The notes under the pieces: model-generated
What the model saw: the letters and a program-made list of their open reading frames with translations, nothing else
Told to the model about the DNA's origin: nothing
The model's database searches: none
DNA from: Clostridia bacterium
GTDB taxonomy: Bacteria; Bacillota; Clostridia; Christensenellales; UBA1242
Direction of reading: 5' to 3'
Length of the DNA: 48,743 bases
NCBI GenBank assembly: GCA_045645925.1
Contig: JAZRJQ010000010.1
Span: 1 to 48,743, forward strand
Position numbers and translations under genes: made by a program
Part shown: positions 9,289 to 20,400 of the stretch, in pieces
How the letters are laid out: the number at the start of each line of letters is the position of its first letter
Position numbering within the stretch: the first letter of the stretch is position 1

Positions 9289-10068
9289 TTAAATGTTACT
9301 ATCGCTACCTGCAAATGCTTCGTTAAACACACTTTCAACATTACGAATTGTTGTTACCATATATTCACCAGTTGTATCATCAGCACTTACTGGGATTTTT
9401 GCTTGGATTGCTTGAACTGAGAACCAGAAAGTTATTTTTGAACCCGAGAATTTGTTATCAACTTCGGTTGGGAAAATAAGGTTTTGACCTTTTGAGTAAG
9501 GATTTAAAAAGTCAATAATTGGACCAGTTTCACAATCAATATGGTCAACCAATGTGTTTTGAATATCGTCGTTATCCAAACTTTTACCACCAGTGTAGTA
9601 CCACCAACCAGTTGTTGTGTCTAGCACCCAAAGTGGCAAACTATATTTTTCGGTGTCAAACTTTAAGGCTTTATCAATAATTTGATTGTTCAAACTGTTA
9701 ATAAGTTCAGCAACTTCGGTGGTTGTTGCACCACTACTTTCAACCGAAATATTAAGTTTAACACGCAACAACGCAGGTGTTTTACTTTCCTGGAATTTAA
9801 CAGAAGCATAGGTTTTAATCTGCATTCCAGGCATTAATCTAACATTGTTTATGGTAAAAGGCAATTCTGCCCCATCTGGCAAAATTGTTCCATCAGTTCT
9901 TTCAGTAATGTTTACAACAACTGGGTCACCCAAAGTAACAACTGTTTCTTCACGATCAGTTGATGCAAACCACGCAAAAGTTGCGCCTGTAACCAACGAA
10001 ATGGCTAAAAGCACACTTAAAACTATTATTAAGCTTGTGTATTTGTTTATTTCCTTAGAAAATTTCAT
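9289..10068 (-). CDS. TasA/camelysin-like secreted protein with SipW-cognate signal peptide
   Basis: 259 aa. N-terminal hydrophobic segment ending in LVTGATFAWFASTD, then a beta-rich body with WWYY and a terminal VQAIQAK strand shared with its paralogs. GGGAGA SD. Confidence 0.7.
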   Translation of the reverse strand: MKFSKEINKYTSLIIVLSVLLAISLVTGATFAWFASTDREETVVTLGDPVVVNITERTDGTILPDGAELPFTINNVRLMPGMQIKTYASVKFQESKTPALLRVKLNISVESSGATTTEVAELINSLNNQIIDKALKFDTEKYSLPLWVLDTTTGWWYYTGGKSLDNDDIQNTLVDHIDCETGPIIDFLNPYSKGQNLIFPTEVDNKFSGSKITFWFSVQAIQAKIPVSADDTTGEYMVTTIRNVESVFNEAFAGSDSNI

Positions 10069-10253
10069 GTTTCTCCCATCAAACTTTTACATAAGCATAA
10101 TTACACATCTTACTCTCTAATAGTATATTAAATTTTTAGGTTTTAGTAAAATAAAATTCCCTAAATATATTTTATTATTATATATATATTTATTTAATTT
10201 TTTGTAACTTTTGCTTTTTATATTTCAACCCATCAGTTTTATAACATTTATAT

Positions 10254-10979
10254 TTAACTATTTAGCCAATTTTGTGGGGCGTCAACCCAAAGTAAACCTG
10301 CAAAACCACCATCATAACTTAAACTTTCAACAGTAAAAGTTAAATAACTCATGCCAGAATTGTTTTCAACGTTTAAAACACCACTTTTAAGTTCAACTTG
10401 TTCACACAAAAGAATATTGCTGGTTTCATCAACAATGTTGCAATAATACAAATATCCATCAGTGCCAAGTTTCCAGTTACCATGCTCAGCTAATTCAATT
10501 TCAACACTCTCACCATTTGCTTTTGTTAATGTTGCTTTACCCCTTACAACTTGCCTTGTTTTTAAGTTTGAAACATCCAATTTCACATTTTGAGTGTAAG
10601 TAACACCAGTTAATGTATTGCTTAAAACTTTAACACTAACATTATTGCTTTTATTTTCCAAAACTTTAAGCGAAACATTGCTTAACATCATCTGCTTGTT
10701 TTCGTTAAAAAATTGTTTATTGTTTTGCCACAAACCAATAAACGCACCAACAATAAAAACCAATAACAATAATACTACAAAAAACATCGCAATCAAGCCA
10801 TAATTCCACTTTTTTAAGGTGTAGATTTTATCTTTTAAAACTAGCACATTTTCATTGGTTTTAATGCTTAAATTGTTGTTTGAATTTTGATTTTTTTTGC
10901 TTGAATTTAATTCATTTTTTTGCGTTAACGCCAAGCCAAAATCCTCCTTTAATTTAATAAAAACACAAGTTTTATTCAC
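10254..10979 (-). CDS. membrane-tethered TasA-like paralog (no canonical SipW motif); 5' end uncertain
   Basis: 241 aa from a GTG with no SD. TM MFFVVLLLLVFIVGAFIGLW. Ectodomain has GYLYYCNIV and C-terminal LWVDAPQNW motifs matching 7842..9275. An internal ATG (Met65) is an alternative start. Confidence 0.5.
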   Translation of the reverse strand: MNKTCVFIKLKEDFGLALTQKNELNSSKKNQNSNNNLSIKTNENVLVLKDKIYTLKKWNYGLIAMFFVVLLLLVFIVGAFIGLWQNNKQFFNENKQMMLSNVSLKVLENKSNNVSVKVLSNTLTGVTYTQNVKLDVSNLKTRQVVRGKATLTKANGESVEIELAEHGNWKLGTDGYLYYCNIVDETSNILLCEQVELKSGVLNVENNSGMSYLTFTVESLSYDGGFAGLLWVDAPQNWLNS

Positions 10980-11040
10980 TTATAATTTTTAACATTTTGG
11001 CGTTTTATTATTCAAAATTTAACAACATTATTGCAACAAA

Positions 11041-11068
11041 AAAACCTGCAATTTTATTTGCAGGTTTT
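11041..11068 (-). terminator. rho-independent terminator after 11072..11767
   Basis: Stem ACCTGCAA / TTGCAGGT followed by T7 on the minus strand. Confidence 0.6.
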
Positions 11069-11071
11069 AAA

Positions 11072-11767
11072 TTAATCAGCAAGTTTTCCCCATGTTGGGT
11101 TACTGAAATTTTGTAATGGATTTTCAACGTTCATAATTTGGATTGCACTAACAATATAATCAATGTTAATATCTTTGTTTGCAAACACGTTTGTTAGTTT
11201 TGTGCTAATTCTAATTTGACCATTAATAAAGGTGTGAACATCTCCATCATATGCTGTTTTTGCTCTGATTTGGCCATCAATATTTTCACTAAACACCCAC
11301 CATTTTCCGCCATCTTCTTCACCAAAATCAACTTCAACCCAGTCAGTAGAAATTGGAGTTGGGGTTGTGCTACCATTATCAAATTCAACCAAGCCTTCTG
11401 TAACAATGTCACCACCAAGGTCGGTTAATGCGTTTGATGTTACTTTTAGTTTTGCCCTTACAAAAGCTGGTGACGAAGGTTTGCCTTCCATACCCATAAC
11501 AAAACCAAGTTTTAAGTTTATTTTTGTTCCTGGCAAAATGTCAACTTCATCAAGTGGCAAGGTTACAGTTCCTTGTGCCACACTCATATCGTCAGTAATA
11601 TAAATTTCAACAGGGTCAGAAAGTGTTACCCCTAACATTTCGGAAATAATACGAGTGTACCAAGCAAATGTTACACCTGCAACCAACGTTAGAAGCAATA
11701 ATGCACTTAAAACAATTATTATAATTCGTTGCGAATTAACTAAGTTGTCGCTTTTTTCTTCAAACAT
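11072..11767 (-). CDS. TasA/camelysin-like secreted protein with SipW-cognate signal peptide
   Basis: 231 aa. LVAGVTFAWYTRI motif after the hydrophobic core, KWWVF and VSAIQIM paralog motifs, AAGGAGA SD. Confidence 0.7.
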   Translation of the reverse strand: MFEEKSDNLVNSQRIIIIVLSALLLLTLVAGVTFAWYTRIISEMLGVTLSDPVEIYITDDMSVAQGTVTLPLDEVDILPGTKINLKLGFVMGMEGKPSSPAFVRAKLKVTSNALTDLGGDIVTEGLVEFDNGSTTPTPISTDWVEVDFGEEDGGKWWVFSENIDGQIRAKTAYDGDVHTFINGQIRISTKLTNVFANKDINIDYIVSAIQIMNVENPLQNFSNPTWGKLAD

Positions 11768-11839
11768 ACTATCTCCTTTTCTAAATTTTACAATAAATTT
11801 TAATAAAACACTAACATTTTTAACAAAAATACAATTTGT

Positions 11840-12544
11840 TTATGAACCAGCAGGATTACATGTTGGGCATGGTGTGCTAGCACCAACAACCTTTGTTCCA
11901 CATGTTGCACAGTCCCTAACATCATAATCAGCAATTCGTTGAACCCACTCATCTGGTGCATAATCTGCCCAATCTTCGTGTGTTTTATAAGCTTCGTAAT
12001 AACGTTGAATTGCATATACTGTTAAAGTGAATTTAACTGGTTGATTTTTATCAATATTATCAATACCATTAGTTACAACAATACCTGTGTTGAATGTTGC
12101 TGTAACATCTGGACTAATATATCCAACATAATAATAACAATCATCAGCAGAACTATAAATCCAACTTTGTTTACCATTAGCTTCGTGTTCAGCTGTTATG
12201 TGTAAGAGTGGTTCAACAACATGATAGTTGTCAACTTGATAATCTGTTGTAAGCTTTACCTTTATATAAGCTTCATCAGTATTTTCAGCACATTTTATGG
12301 TTGTAGGCATATCGTTATACATTTTATTTGGTTCCAAAATATCTCCCGGAACAGCAAGTGTTGTTTGAACATCTAAGCTAATATCTCCAACAATAAAAAC
12401 TTTTGTTCCTACTTCACTTTCACCAAACCAAGCCGAAGTTATAAAGTAGAAAATTAAAAAACACAAAACAGCAATAATAAGCAAAGATGTCATTTTGTTG
12501 AAACGACTTCCAAGATTGTTATATTCAAAAACATTTTCTTCCAT
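11840..12544 (-). CDS. TasA-like secreted protein with C-terminal CxxC-x10-CxxC tail
   Basis: 234 aa. Degenerate signal motif FITSAWFGESE. CYYYVGY and VYAIQRY paralog motifs. Ends in DCATCGTKVVGASTPCPTCNPAGS. Strong AAGGAGG SD. Confidence 0.6.
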   Translation of the reverse strand: MEENVFEYNNLGSRFNKMTSLLIIAVLCFLIFYFITSAWFGESEVGTKVFIVGDISLDVQTTLAVPGDILEPNKMYNDMPTTIKCAENTDEAYIKVKLTTDYQVDNYHVVEPLLHITAEHEANGKQSWIYSSADDCYYYVGYISPDVTATFNTGIVVTNGIDNIDKNQPVKFTLTVYAIQRYYEAYKTHEDWADYAPDEWVQRIADYDVRDCATCGTKVVGASTPCPTCNPAGS

Positions 12545-12600
12545 AATCTTTGCCTCCTTTTGTTATTTTGTGTTTCACATTTATAAAATAATTTTAAATA

Positions 12601-12790
12601 TTTAAAATTTGTTATCTTGATTTAAGACAGCTTTTCTAATAAACCCTTATAAAAAATGTGATGTGCGCAAATTTGTTTTGCGTATTTAAAATTTGTTATT
12701 TCAAATTCAAGTAATTATTCTAATAAATCCTTATTTTTAAAATGTGATGTGCGCAGTTTTAAATTTGCGAGTTTAAAATTTTAAATCGAT
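12601..12790. repeat. tandem direct repeat, two ~85-bp units plus a partial third (module A of an intergenic repeat family)
   Basis: TTTAAAATTTGTTAT occurs at 12601 and 12685. AATGTGATGTGCGCA occurs at 12655 and 12741. CTAATAAA(C/T)CCTTAT is also duplicated. Confidence 0.75.
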
Positions 12791-12815
12791 GTACAAAATT
12801 TATTTATTAGCAATA

Positions 12816-12860
12816 GCAAATTTTCAACTGTTTGAACGAAGTGAGTTTTGAAAAATTTGT
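12816..12860. repeat. conserved hairpin module (core TGTTTGAACGAAGTGAGTT), copy 1 of 3
   Basis: Arms GCAAATTTTCAA / TTGAAAAATTTGT flank a 19-20 nt conserved loop. The same core recurs at 41118 and 41291. Confidence 0.7.
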
Positions 12861-12928
12861 TATTGCGAGAAAATTCAAATAATTTAAAAAGTTATTTAAA
12901 ATTTTTTAAAGCAAATTTAAAACAAGCA

Positions 12929-13660
12929 CTACTTCCATGCAGTCCATTGTTGCAAGAAAGCAGCAGTTAAAACTCCAAATGGTTTATCAACGGCATCAAC
13001 CGGATTTTCAGGTGTGTCAACTTGATAAGCATTACCGGAATATGCCACAATTTCTGCCCTAACAAACACAAACACTTTTGAACCTTGCATACCCTCAGTT
13101 AAACCAGTCAAGCCGGTTGCAACGTTTTGTGTTGCACCACCAGCAAGTTGTGAATTGTAAAACGAATTAAAATAGTTTTGGTCATTAATTAATTCGTGGT
13201 CGTACAAATTAACCCAACCAGTTTGTTCAACTTTTAATGCACTAGTTGAAAGTATACTATAAGCGCCTTGCAGTTCATTTTCTTCGTGATCATACAAAAT
13301 TTCGTCGTTTGTTGCAACAACCAAACATCTAACAATTCCTGGAATATTGCCGGTGTTTTTAATTTTTATATCAATAGGAATTGTTGTGTTTAATGTGTTT
13401 GGCATTGTTGTTTGTAAAATTGTGCCAACCAAATAGGTTCCATCTTCTTGCTTGGTTCCATTAATTACTGTGTCACCACTATAAATTTCAATGCCAACTT
13501 CACCTATTGTTCCACCATCATCTTCTTTTGTAAAAGAATCAGTAAACCAAGCAAAAGTTACACCTAAAACAATCATAAGTGCAAACACAATAGAAACAAT
13601 CACAAAAAGTATGTTTTCAGATATTAAATTTTTTTGTTTGTATATCTTCATAAAGTACAC
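12929..13660 (-). CDS. TasA/camelysin-like secreted protein with SipW-cognate signal peptide
   Basis: 243 aa. VLGVTFAWFTDSFTKED motif and a beta-rich body. The start is ambiguous between GTG 13660 and ATG 13651. Confidence 0.7.
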   Translation of the reverse strand: MYFMKIYKQKNLISENILFVIVSIVFALMIVLGVTFAWFTDSFTKEDDGGTIGEVGIEIYSGDTVINGTKQEDGTYLVGTILQTTMPNTLNTTIPIDIKIKNTGNIPGIVRCLVVATNDEILYDHEENELQGAYSILSTSALKVEQTGWVNLYDHELINDQNYFNSFYNSQLAGGATQNVATGLTGLTEGMQGSKVFVFVRAEIVAYSGNAYQVDTPENPVDAVDKPFGVLTAAFLQQWTAWK

Positions 13661-13730
13661 ACTATCCCTTATTGTAATTTTACGTTTTTTTAAATTTTTT
13701 GTAAAGCAAATACATTAGTTGATAACGTTA

Positions 13731-13770
13731 AAAAATAGACATATAGTTTTTTACTATATGTCTATTTTAT
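13731..13770 (-). terminator. rho-independent terminator after sipW
   Basis: Perfect 13-bp stem ATAGACATATAGT / ACTATATGTCTAT followed by a T-run on the minus strand. Confidence 0.65.
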
Positions 13771-13786
13771 TATTTGCAATTTTGCT

Positions 13787-14269
13787 TTAACTATATACCA
13801 CAATAAACATTGCTAAAACAATGCAAACAGTAATAATTATGATATTGTCTTTAATTAAATCTAACAACACTCCAAGATATGGAAAATGACAGATAACCAC
13901 ACCAACAAAGTTTTTGTCGGTAACAGTTTCACGTGTTCCCAAATTTTCTTTTGCATCACCTTGGGTTTTTAATGTTACCTTGTTTCCATAAACTTGTTTT
14001 TCAACAACTCTGTGAGTTACATTATTTTCGCCAGCTTTAAATGTTACAATGTCACCAACTTCAACATCTTGAATTGGAATATGTTTAACCATAACAACAG
14101 TATCAACCGGCAATGTTGGAGTCATGGAACCCGTTAAAATATTTAAAAATTTATATCCCATAGCAAAAGAAGCAACCAATGTTATTAGTGCTGCCAAGCA
14201 TATATTTTTAATAATTATTAAAACAGATTTTACAATTATATTTTCTCTTTTGTAAATTGATTTTCCCAT
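13787..14269 (-). CDS. sipW: signal peptidase I, SipW/Sec11 (S26B, Ser-His) type
   Basis: 160 aa. N-terminal TM, catalytic-Ser box LTGSMTPTL, GDIVTF box, His box VTHRVVE, QGDAKEN box and a C-terminal TM. This architecture matches B. subtilis SipW. Confidence 0.85.
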   Translation of the reverse strand: MGKSIYKRENIIVKSVLIIIKNICLAALITLVASFAMGYKFLNILTGSMTPTLPVDTVVMVKHIPIQDVEVGDIVTFKAGENNVTHRVVEKQVYGNKVTLKTQGDAKENLGTRETVTDKNFVGVVICHFPYLGVLLDLIKDNIIIITVCIVLAMFIVVYS

Positions 14270-14350
14270 TAAGCCCTACCAAATTTATTTGTTGAGTTTA
14301 TGCCTTTATAAAGCCAATTTTTTAATTAATCACATAAATCAAATTCAACC

Positions 14351-14380
14351 TTGAAAACGTGGAATTAACCACGTTTTCAA
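14351..14380 (-). terminator. 12-bp hairpin between the giant gene and sipW (weak terminator or processing site)
   Basis: TTGAAAACGTGG / CCACGTTTTCAA perfect stem. There is no clean T-run, so read-through into sipW is likely. Confidence 0.35.
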
Positions 14381-14446
14381 AAGCCAAATTTGTAACAATA
14401 TTAGTATATACGTTTAAGCGTTTTTTTACAATCAAAATTTAGTTGT

Positions 14447-17400
14447 TTACGCTTTCCAAGTATAACCTGTCAACTGCCATTCAAACACTGGGTAACCATT
14501 GTTAATTGATGTATTATCGTTTTTGTAAATGCTACCCAAGCTTGTTGTAAGCGATGTTACAAGACTTGTTTTGTTTGCACTGTTAGATACACCAGTTAAA
14601 GCTTTGGTTGTATCGCCATGTGCACCATAAGCAATATTGATTGTACCATAAACATAGTAGTAATCGCTATTATAATAATTTGAAACGGTTGCCCTTGAAT
14701 CGTCAACTGCAACAATTGTACCAAATTTATTATCAGTGCCACCACCAGGTTTTGCTGTTCCACCAGAAACTGAAACAGTTCCTAGAACAACATAACAATT
14801 ATCAACTGAATTTGAGTTTGTTGAAGAGTTGTCACAAACTATACCTGCACCATAATGGGTTGCAGAACCATTTGCTAAACCCGAAACATACAACTTATCA
14901 ATAATTGCATAACAAGTTGAAACAGTTCCATCACCCAAGTTATCGGTATCCATGTTATTAACAACAATACCAGCAGCTTTTGCTTGAATTGAACTTTCAA
15001 ATGCTTGTGCCGTAATATTTCCTGTGCTGTAACAATAAGAAATTTGACTATAGTTAAATATTGCAATACCACCAACAAATACGCCATTTAATTCGCCTGT
15101 GTTGCCACAATTTTGAACAACTGCATTTTTGTTGTTTACGCTTACAATACCAGAAACATAGGATTTCATATTGCTAATTTCGGTATATTTCTTAATCAAC
15201 ATATTGTTTACTGAATTAATAATTGTTCCATTATTTTCAACTGCAATACCTGCAATACGTTGATCGTCTAATGGATAGTATAACAATTCGCCATCTTTTC
15301 CACTTAGAGTATATGGTTTTGTTTGAACATTTTCAATTCTACCATTGTTAACAATTGTTATACCACCCATTCTAACAGCTCTATATGAACCAGAGCCTGA
15401 GTTAATACCCACTTTTAAGTTTTTAACAACACCATTAGCGCCAATTTGCCTAATTAAAGCAACTTGGTTTAACTGACGGAATGCAAAACGAACATTGTTT
15501 AGTGAATATCCATCACCATCAATTGTTCCGTTAAACACATTACCACTCTTTCTTCCAATTACAAAGTCTGTAACATTTTGGCTTAAATCGGTTTCGCTTA
15601 ATGTGATGTGTTTACCGAACTTAAAGTAGCTATCTAAGTAGTAATCAATGTTAATAACATGTTTAGATTCTTCTAACATATAAGGATCTTCAGCTGTTCC
15701 ACTACCAGAAGCGAATATCCAACATTCACCTGTTTCAGATTCGCTATAAGCAGAAGTAATTTCTAGGTCGTTAATATCATCTTTAATATAACTTAACACA
15801 CTAACATCATATGAACCCATTGTTTGAATTTTAAATCTGTTAGTACCTGGTTTTAAGTTTGCAATAACAGGAGTTGTGCTAGTGTTATAGTAAATTCTAA
15901 CCCTTGTCCATGTGTTATTTGATGCATTTGTCCAACCAATTTCACCTGTTGAAGAAATTACATACAAATTAGATGGAGTTAAAGGAACTTCAATTGCAAC
16001 TTCGTTAGAGTTGTTACTCATTGAATATTTACCTTCAGCCGAATCATACAATCTATCTTCACCGTAAACTTGACAATAAACTGAGAATTCTTGACCAAAT
16101 GGGTTTGGTTGATCAGGAGCCAATGCATCTAAATCTGCAACAGCCTGAACATTAAACATAATGTAATTTGCATCCATTGAATAATAAGAATTTTCATCAG
16201 GAGTTGAGTAAGAATCAAATGCACTGAATGTGTGTTCTTTTATAACTTCACCATCTTTATTATACTTTCTTACAGTAAATTGATAATATCTTGCATTTGT
16301 TACTCTTGCAACAGCCACATTGTTAATAGGAGCATCGTTTTTAGTACCAATACTTAAATCGGCAACCGGAGTTGGCAATTTAAAGAATGTCATACTTGCA
16401 GGTGCAGAACTAAACCAGCAATAGTTACCAAGGTCAGCAAAGATATCTTCTTCATCTTCGCCTTCGCCACCTTCTTCACCTTCGTCAGGTTCTGTTGGTC
16501 CACCTTCCACAGGTGGTGCCTCTCCAGGACCTTCACCACCCTCACCTTCTTCGCCTTCACCTTCGGTTTCATCTTCAAAGTCGGTTTTTGTTACATATCC
16601 GTTTGAACCAAGATATGAAACTTCAATTTTATAATATCCGCTTGGAACATCTTCGTCTGTTCCAACCAATCTATAACCTTCTGGGCTGTTTACTGCTGCT
16701 GTAATATCATATTCTTCATCAATAATAACAGTACCAGACTGATCTGTTTCGTTTGCCAAACGTTGAAGTTTTACTGTAACACCTGTTGCAATAGCATAGT
16801 TAAGGTCGGTGTTATTCCATTTTATTACACCATCTTCAACACGAAGAAGTGGTCTTTCTAAACGTTTTGCCAAAATTTCAATACAATATTCACCGTTTAG
16901 ATATTCTTCTGATTCGCTGCCAGGAATTGCCCTAATTCTAATATTAAACACTTCATTTCCAAATGCTTCAGGAGCTTTGAATTCCAAATACCTAAAGTTA
17001 TCTTCAGAAACTAATGAATAACCATATTCTGTTTCACCTTCTTGAAGTTCATCATCTAATCTGTAAACTTCATATTCATAACCACCTTCAACTTCACGCC
17101 ATGAAAGTTTTCCGTTTTTCATAACAACATCTTGCGGTGGAAGTAGTCGTTTATAGAAGTGTGATTGATCTGGATCACCACTTACAAAGTAGTTTTGAGC
17201 ACCAACAACTTCGTTAGAATCAATTGTTCCTAATGGAGAAACTTTGATTGCATATTCTAATCTGTTTCCTTCTGCATCTGTTGCAGGATATAGTAACGAA
17301 TCTAAGTCATAGTAGCAATATCTTTCCTCATAAGTTACTGTTTCAGTATCTAATGATTCAAATTCGTATTCTCCTTCTTTTCTACACAAAATTTCAACAC

Positions 17401-20400
17401 TATACATTGTTGCTATTTCTGTAACACCAGCGCCATCATCATAAGAAACTCTTTCCCATCTAAACTTACCACCAACAAGCGACATTGTTGTGATTTTACC
17501 AAACTTATGAACTTTAAACGTTGCTTCGCCAGTAACAGTATTAACTGGGGCAGAAGTTGACGAAATTTTGGTTATACCATTACCAATTGCACGGCTTGTT
17601 ACGTAATAACTACCTTGTGGGAAATATCCATTTTCAATAAATGAATACATAAAGTAACCATTTTCAACTTTTACAAAGCTATAATGTGGATTTTCTTCAT
17701 CAGCACCAGCTGGTGTAAGAGTTATTAATTGTGCAACCTTTTTAGGGTCTCCTGTTGGGTTTTCAGCACTTTCATTAAATTGATATGTTGCGCCAAGTGC
17801 TGTACTCCAAATTCTAATTTCTTGGCTAACAGCTGTTTGAATTGTGCTAACAGCCACATTACCATTTGTCACCATAATGCTAGGTTTTGCCAACATTTCA
17901 ACTTCGCAACTATGGTCGTAATTACTAGTGAAGTAAACACCACTTGTCGAAGATCCAGAATCTGCTGTTCCTAACGCTTTAACTTTTAATGTATAAACAT
18001 AGCCAGTTTCAATTCCAATATCCACAACTGGAACTTTAAAGTAGGCATTAACACCACTTGTTTCAGTCATACTTTGTTCATATTTTGATCTATTTGAAGA
18101 ATTGATATAGAATTCCAAATCTTCTTTTTGTGCATCCATACAATCTGCAATAATTAAATAATCTGTAGTATAACCTGTTTCCATAAATACTTTTGCAAAG
18201 TATAAGTGGTCAGCATAAACCATTGTTACTTTTCCTTCAACCGGATAAACACCACCAACAGGGGTTTGTGGAGGTGGTAATTTGTAACCAGTAATTGCGG
18301 ACGAATAGTTTCCATTTAAAACAAGAAATACTTCCTGATTAAAATCTCCTCCCATTCCGGCACCACCACCCTCAGGAGGCATTTCTCCACCACCTTCCAT
18401 AGGATCTTCTAAAATTTGCGTGGTATATCTCCCGTTATATAGTGACATAATCTCTCCACCACCTTCAGGAGGCATTCCACCATCACCCATGTCTCCACTA
18501 CCAGATGATGAACGAGATCCCCCCATAAATCTAACTGCCAATGTATATGGATTATTTAATGTAGAGAAGTTGAAGTCATAATAATAAATAAGTTCTTTTT
18601 TAACTTCATCTAATTCAATTTTTAGAACAGTTTGGTTTTGATAAACTTTATTATTTATTCTAACTTCCAAATTCCTAAACAATTCCAAATTTTGCATCAT
18701 TGAATTTTCAGCCGCAGGATCACCCTTAGCTGCCAACAACAAACTAGAATATTTTTCCGAAATAAATTCGGCACCATTATTTAAATCTTTCAAATAAGCA
18801 TTAGTCAAAGGAATAGACCAACTCAAATAGCCGTTTCTAACTTTAAATTTACCACCTAGGGAATTTGCCTTTGGCGCTTTATATAATGTTTTAGTAATTG
18901 GTTCTGCAATACTTGAACTTAAACAATTTGAGCCATCTCCAACTGTGTAAATTTTTACTGTATAATAGCCACTAGGATATTTTGTTTCATCATCAAAATC
19001 TATACTTGCGTGCGTTGTTGTAAAACTTTCACAACTTGCATCATCTTCAAGTTCATCAGCTTTTCCTTCATAAATTTCAATCTTATAAGCAGTTCTTCCA
19101 TCAACTTCATCCCAAGAAGCAACACCATTAACTGTATAAATTGAAGATGGGCTTGCTAAAACTTTTGTTTCAAAACTTCCATTTCTACCACTTGTTAGGT
19201 ATGCCATCTCAGAAATTGTTGCAGTTGTACTACCTTCTGAAACAATATAGAATGTATATTCTGCAGCAGGAATATTGGTTGGCATCATAACACCACTTTC
19301 ACCAGCGTTATTTCCACTTGCAAAATACCCATCACGTTCAGCATCATATTTGTCGCTAAAAATTTTATTCATTTCGCCACTTTCGGAACGAATGATGTAT
19401 CCTGTTGCATTGTCAACTTTATCCCAATAAATATAACCTTCGCTAAGATAAGGAGCAAAAACCCCTTCTAATTTTTGAACCAACAACTCACCTGACAACT
19501 CGCTATCACCATAAATAATTGTTGTATCATCACCAGGTTCTTTAATTGCTTTAATTCGAATTCTATGGTTTAAGGTATCCATTATGATTTCATCATTAAT
19601 TTTTCTTGCATCCATTTGATCTGTGAACGAATCATAAATCACAGTTTCAAATTGAGGTTCATCTGTTCCTTCTTCGCCAGCGCCTTCATCTACTTGTTCG
19701 GGCGCATTAGGATCTACTGGATTTTCTGGATCTTCTGGAACTGGATCTTCTGGAACTATTTCAACTTGCCTTGAATAAGTTGCAAGTTCACCATCAATAT
19801 AAATTTGATATTGAACACCTTCTGCACCTTCATGTGTCCAATTTAAGTATCCATTTGTACTATAAAACTCTGTAACAGGATTTAATAATTCAAACTTTTG
19901 ACAATAACTTTCTCTTGGACTTAAAATGTAGTCTCCGGAATTTAATTTACCAACAACACCAAACCAAATTTTATATAATCCAGGCGTAAAATCTTCATCG
20001 TTAGGATATGTTACATAATACTCTGTTGCAGCTTTATCTAATTCGGTTGTATATAAATATTTGTCAGCACCTTCGGCAGGCTCAACTGCTTCATATGCAA
20101 CTTTAATTTTTGATGCCCTGTTGCCACCTTCATTATTTGCATTGTTCAAAATAAGTTTATTTTCTGCTCTAACATATTGATTTAAACTTAGTGCCGACAA
20201 AATTGTAACACTTATTGGATTTTCACAAACATCTCCGTTAATAAATCCATACGCTTTTTCACCAGAATCTTTTGTTCCTTTTGCAGAAATATTAAACTTA
20301 AATGTTCCAGAAACAGTTTTTCCATACTCAAACGCAATTGCTGTTGTAACAGCATTGTCGGTTTTTAAGTTGATTGCTCTGGTAATAACTTCTTCGCCAA

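Noticed and set aside
10890-10910. A8 tract (plus strand T8 at about 10896-10903) in the 5' region of 10254..10979, considered as a slipped-strand phase-variation switch.
   Set aside because: The tract is short for reliable slippage, and the true start codon of this gene is itself uncertain. Population sequence data would be needed.
11800-12015. 71-aa minus-strand ORF overlapping the 3' end of 11840..12544 in another frame.
   Set aside because: It overlaps a gene with a strong SD and paralog support, and has no SD or recognisable motifs.
12601-12790. Tandem repeats at 12601-12790 and 41006-41335 considered as CRISPR arrays.
   Set aside because: The repeat periods are ~85 and ~172 bp with no short conserved repeat alternating with unique spacers. 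Only two units occur per locus, and no cas genes are in the window.
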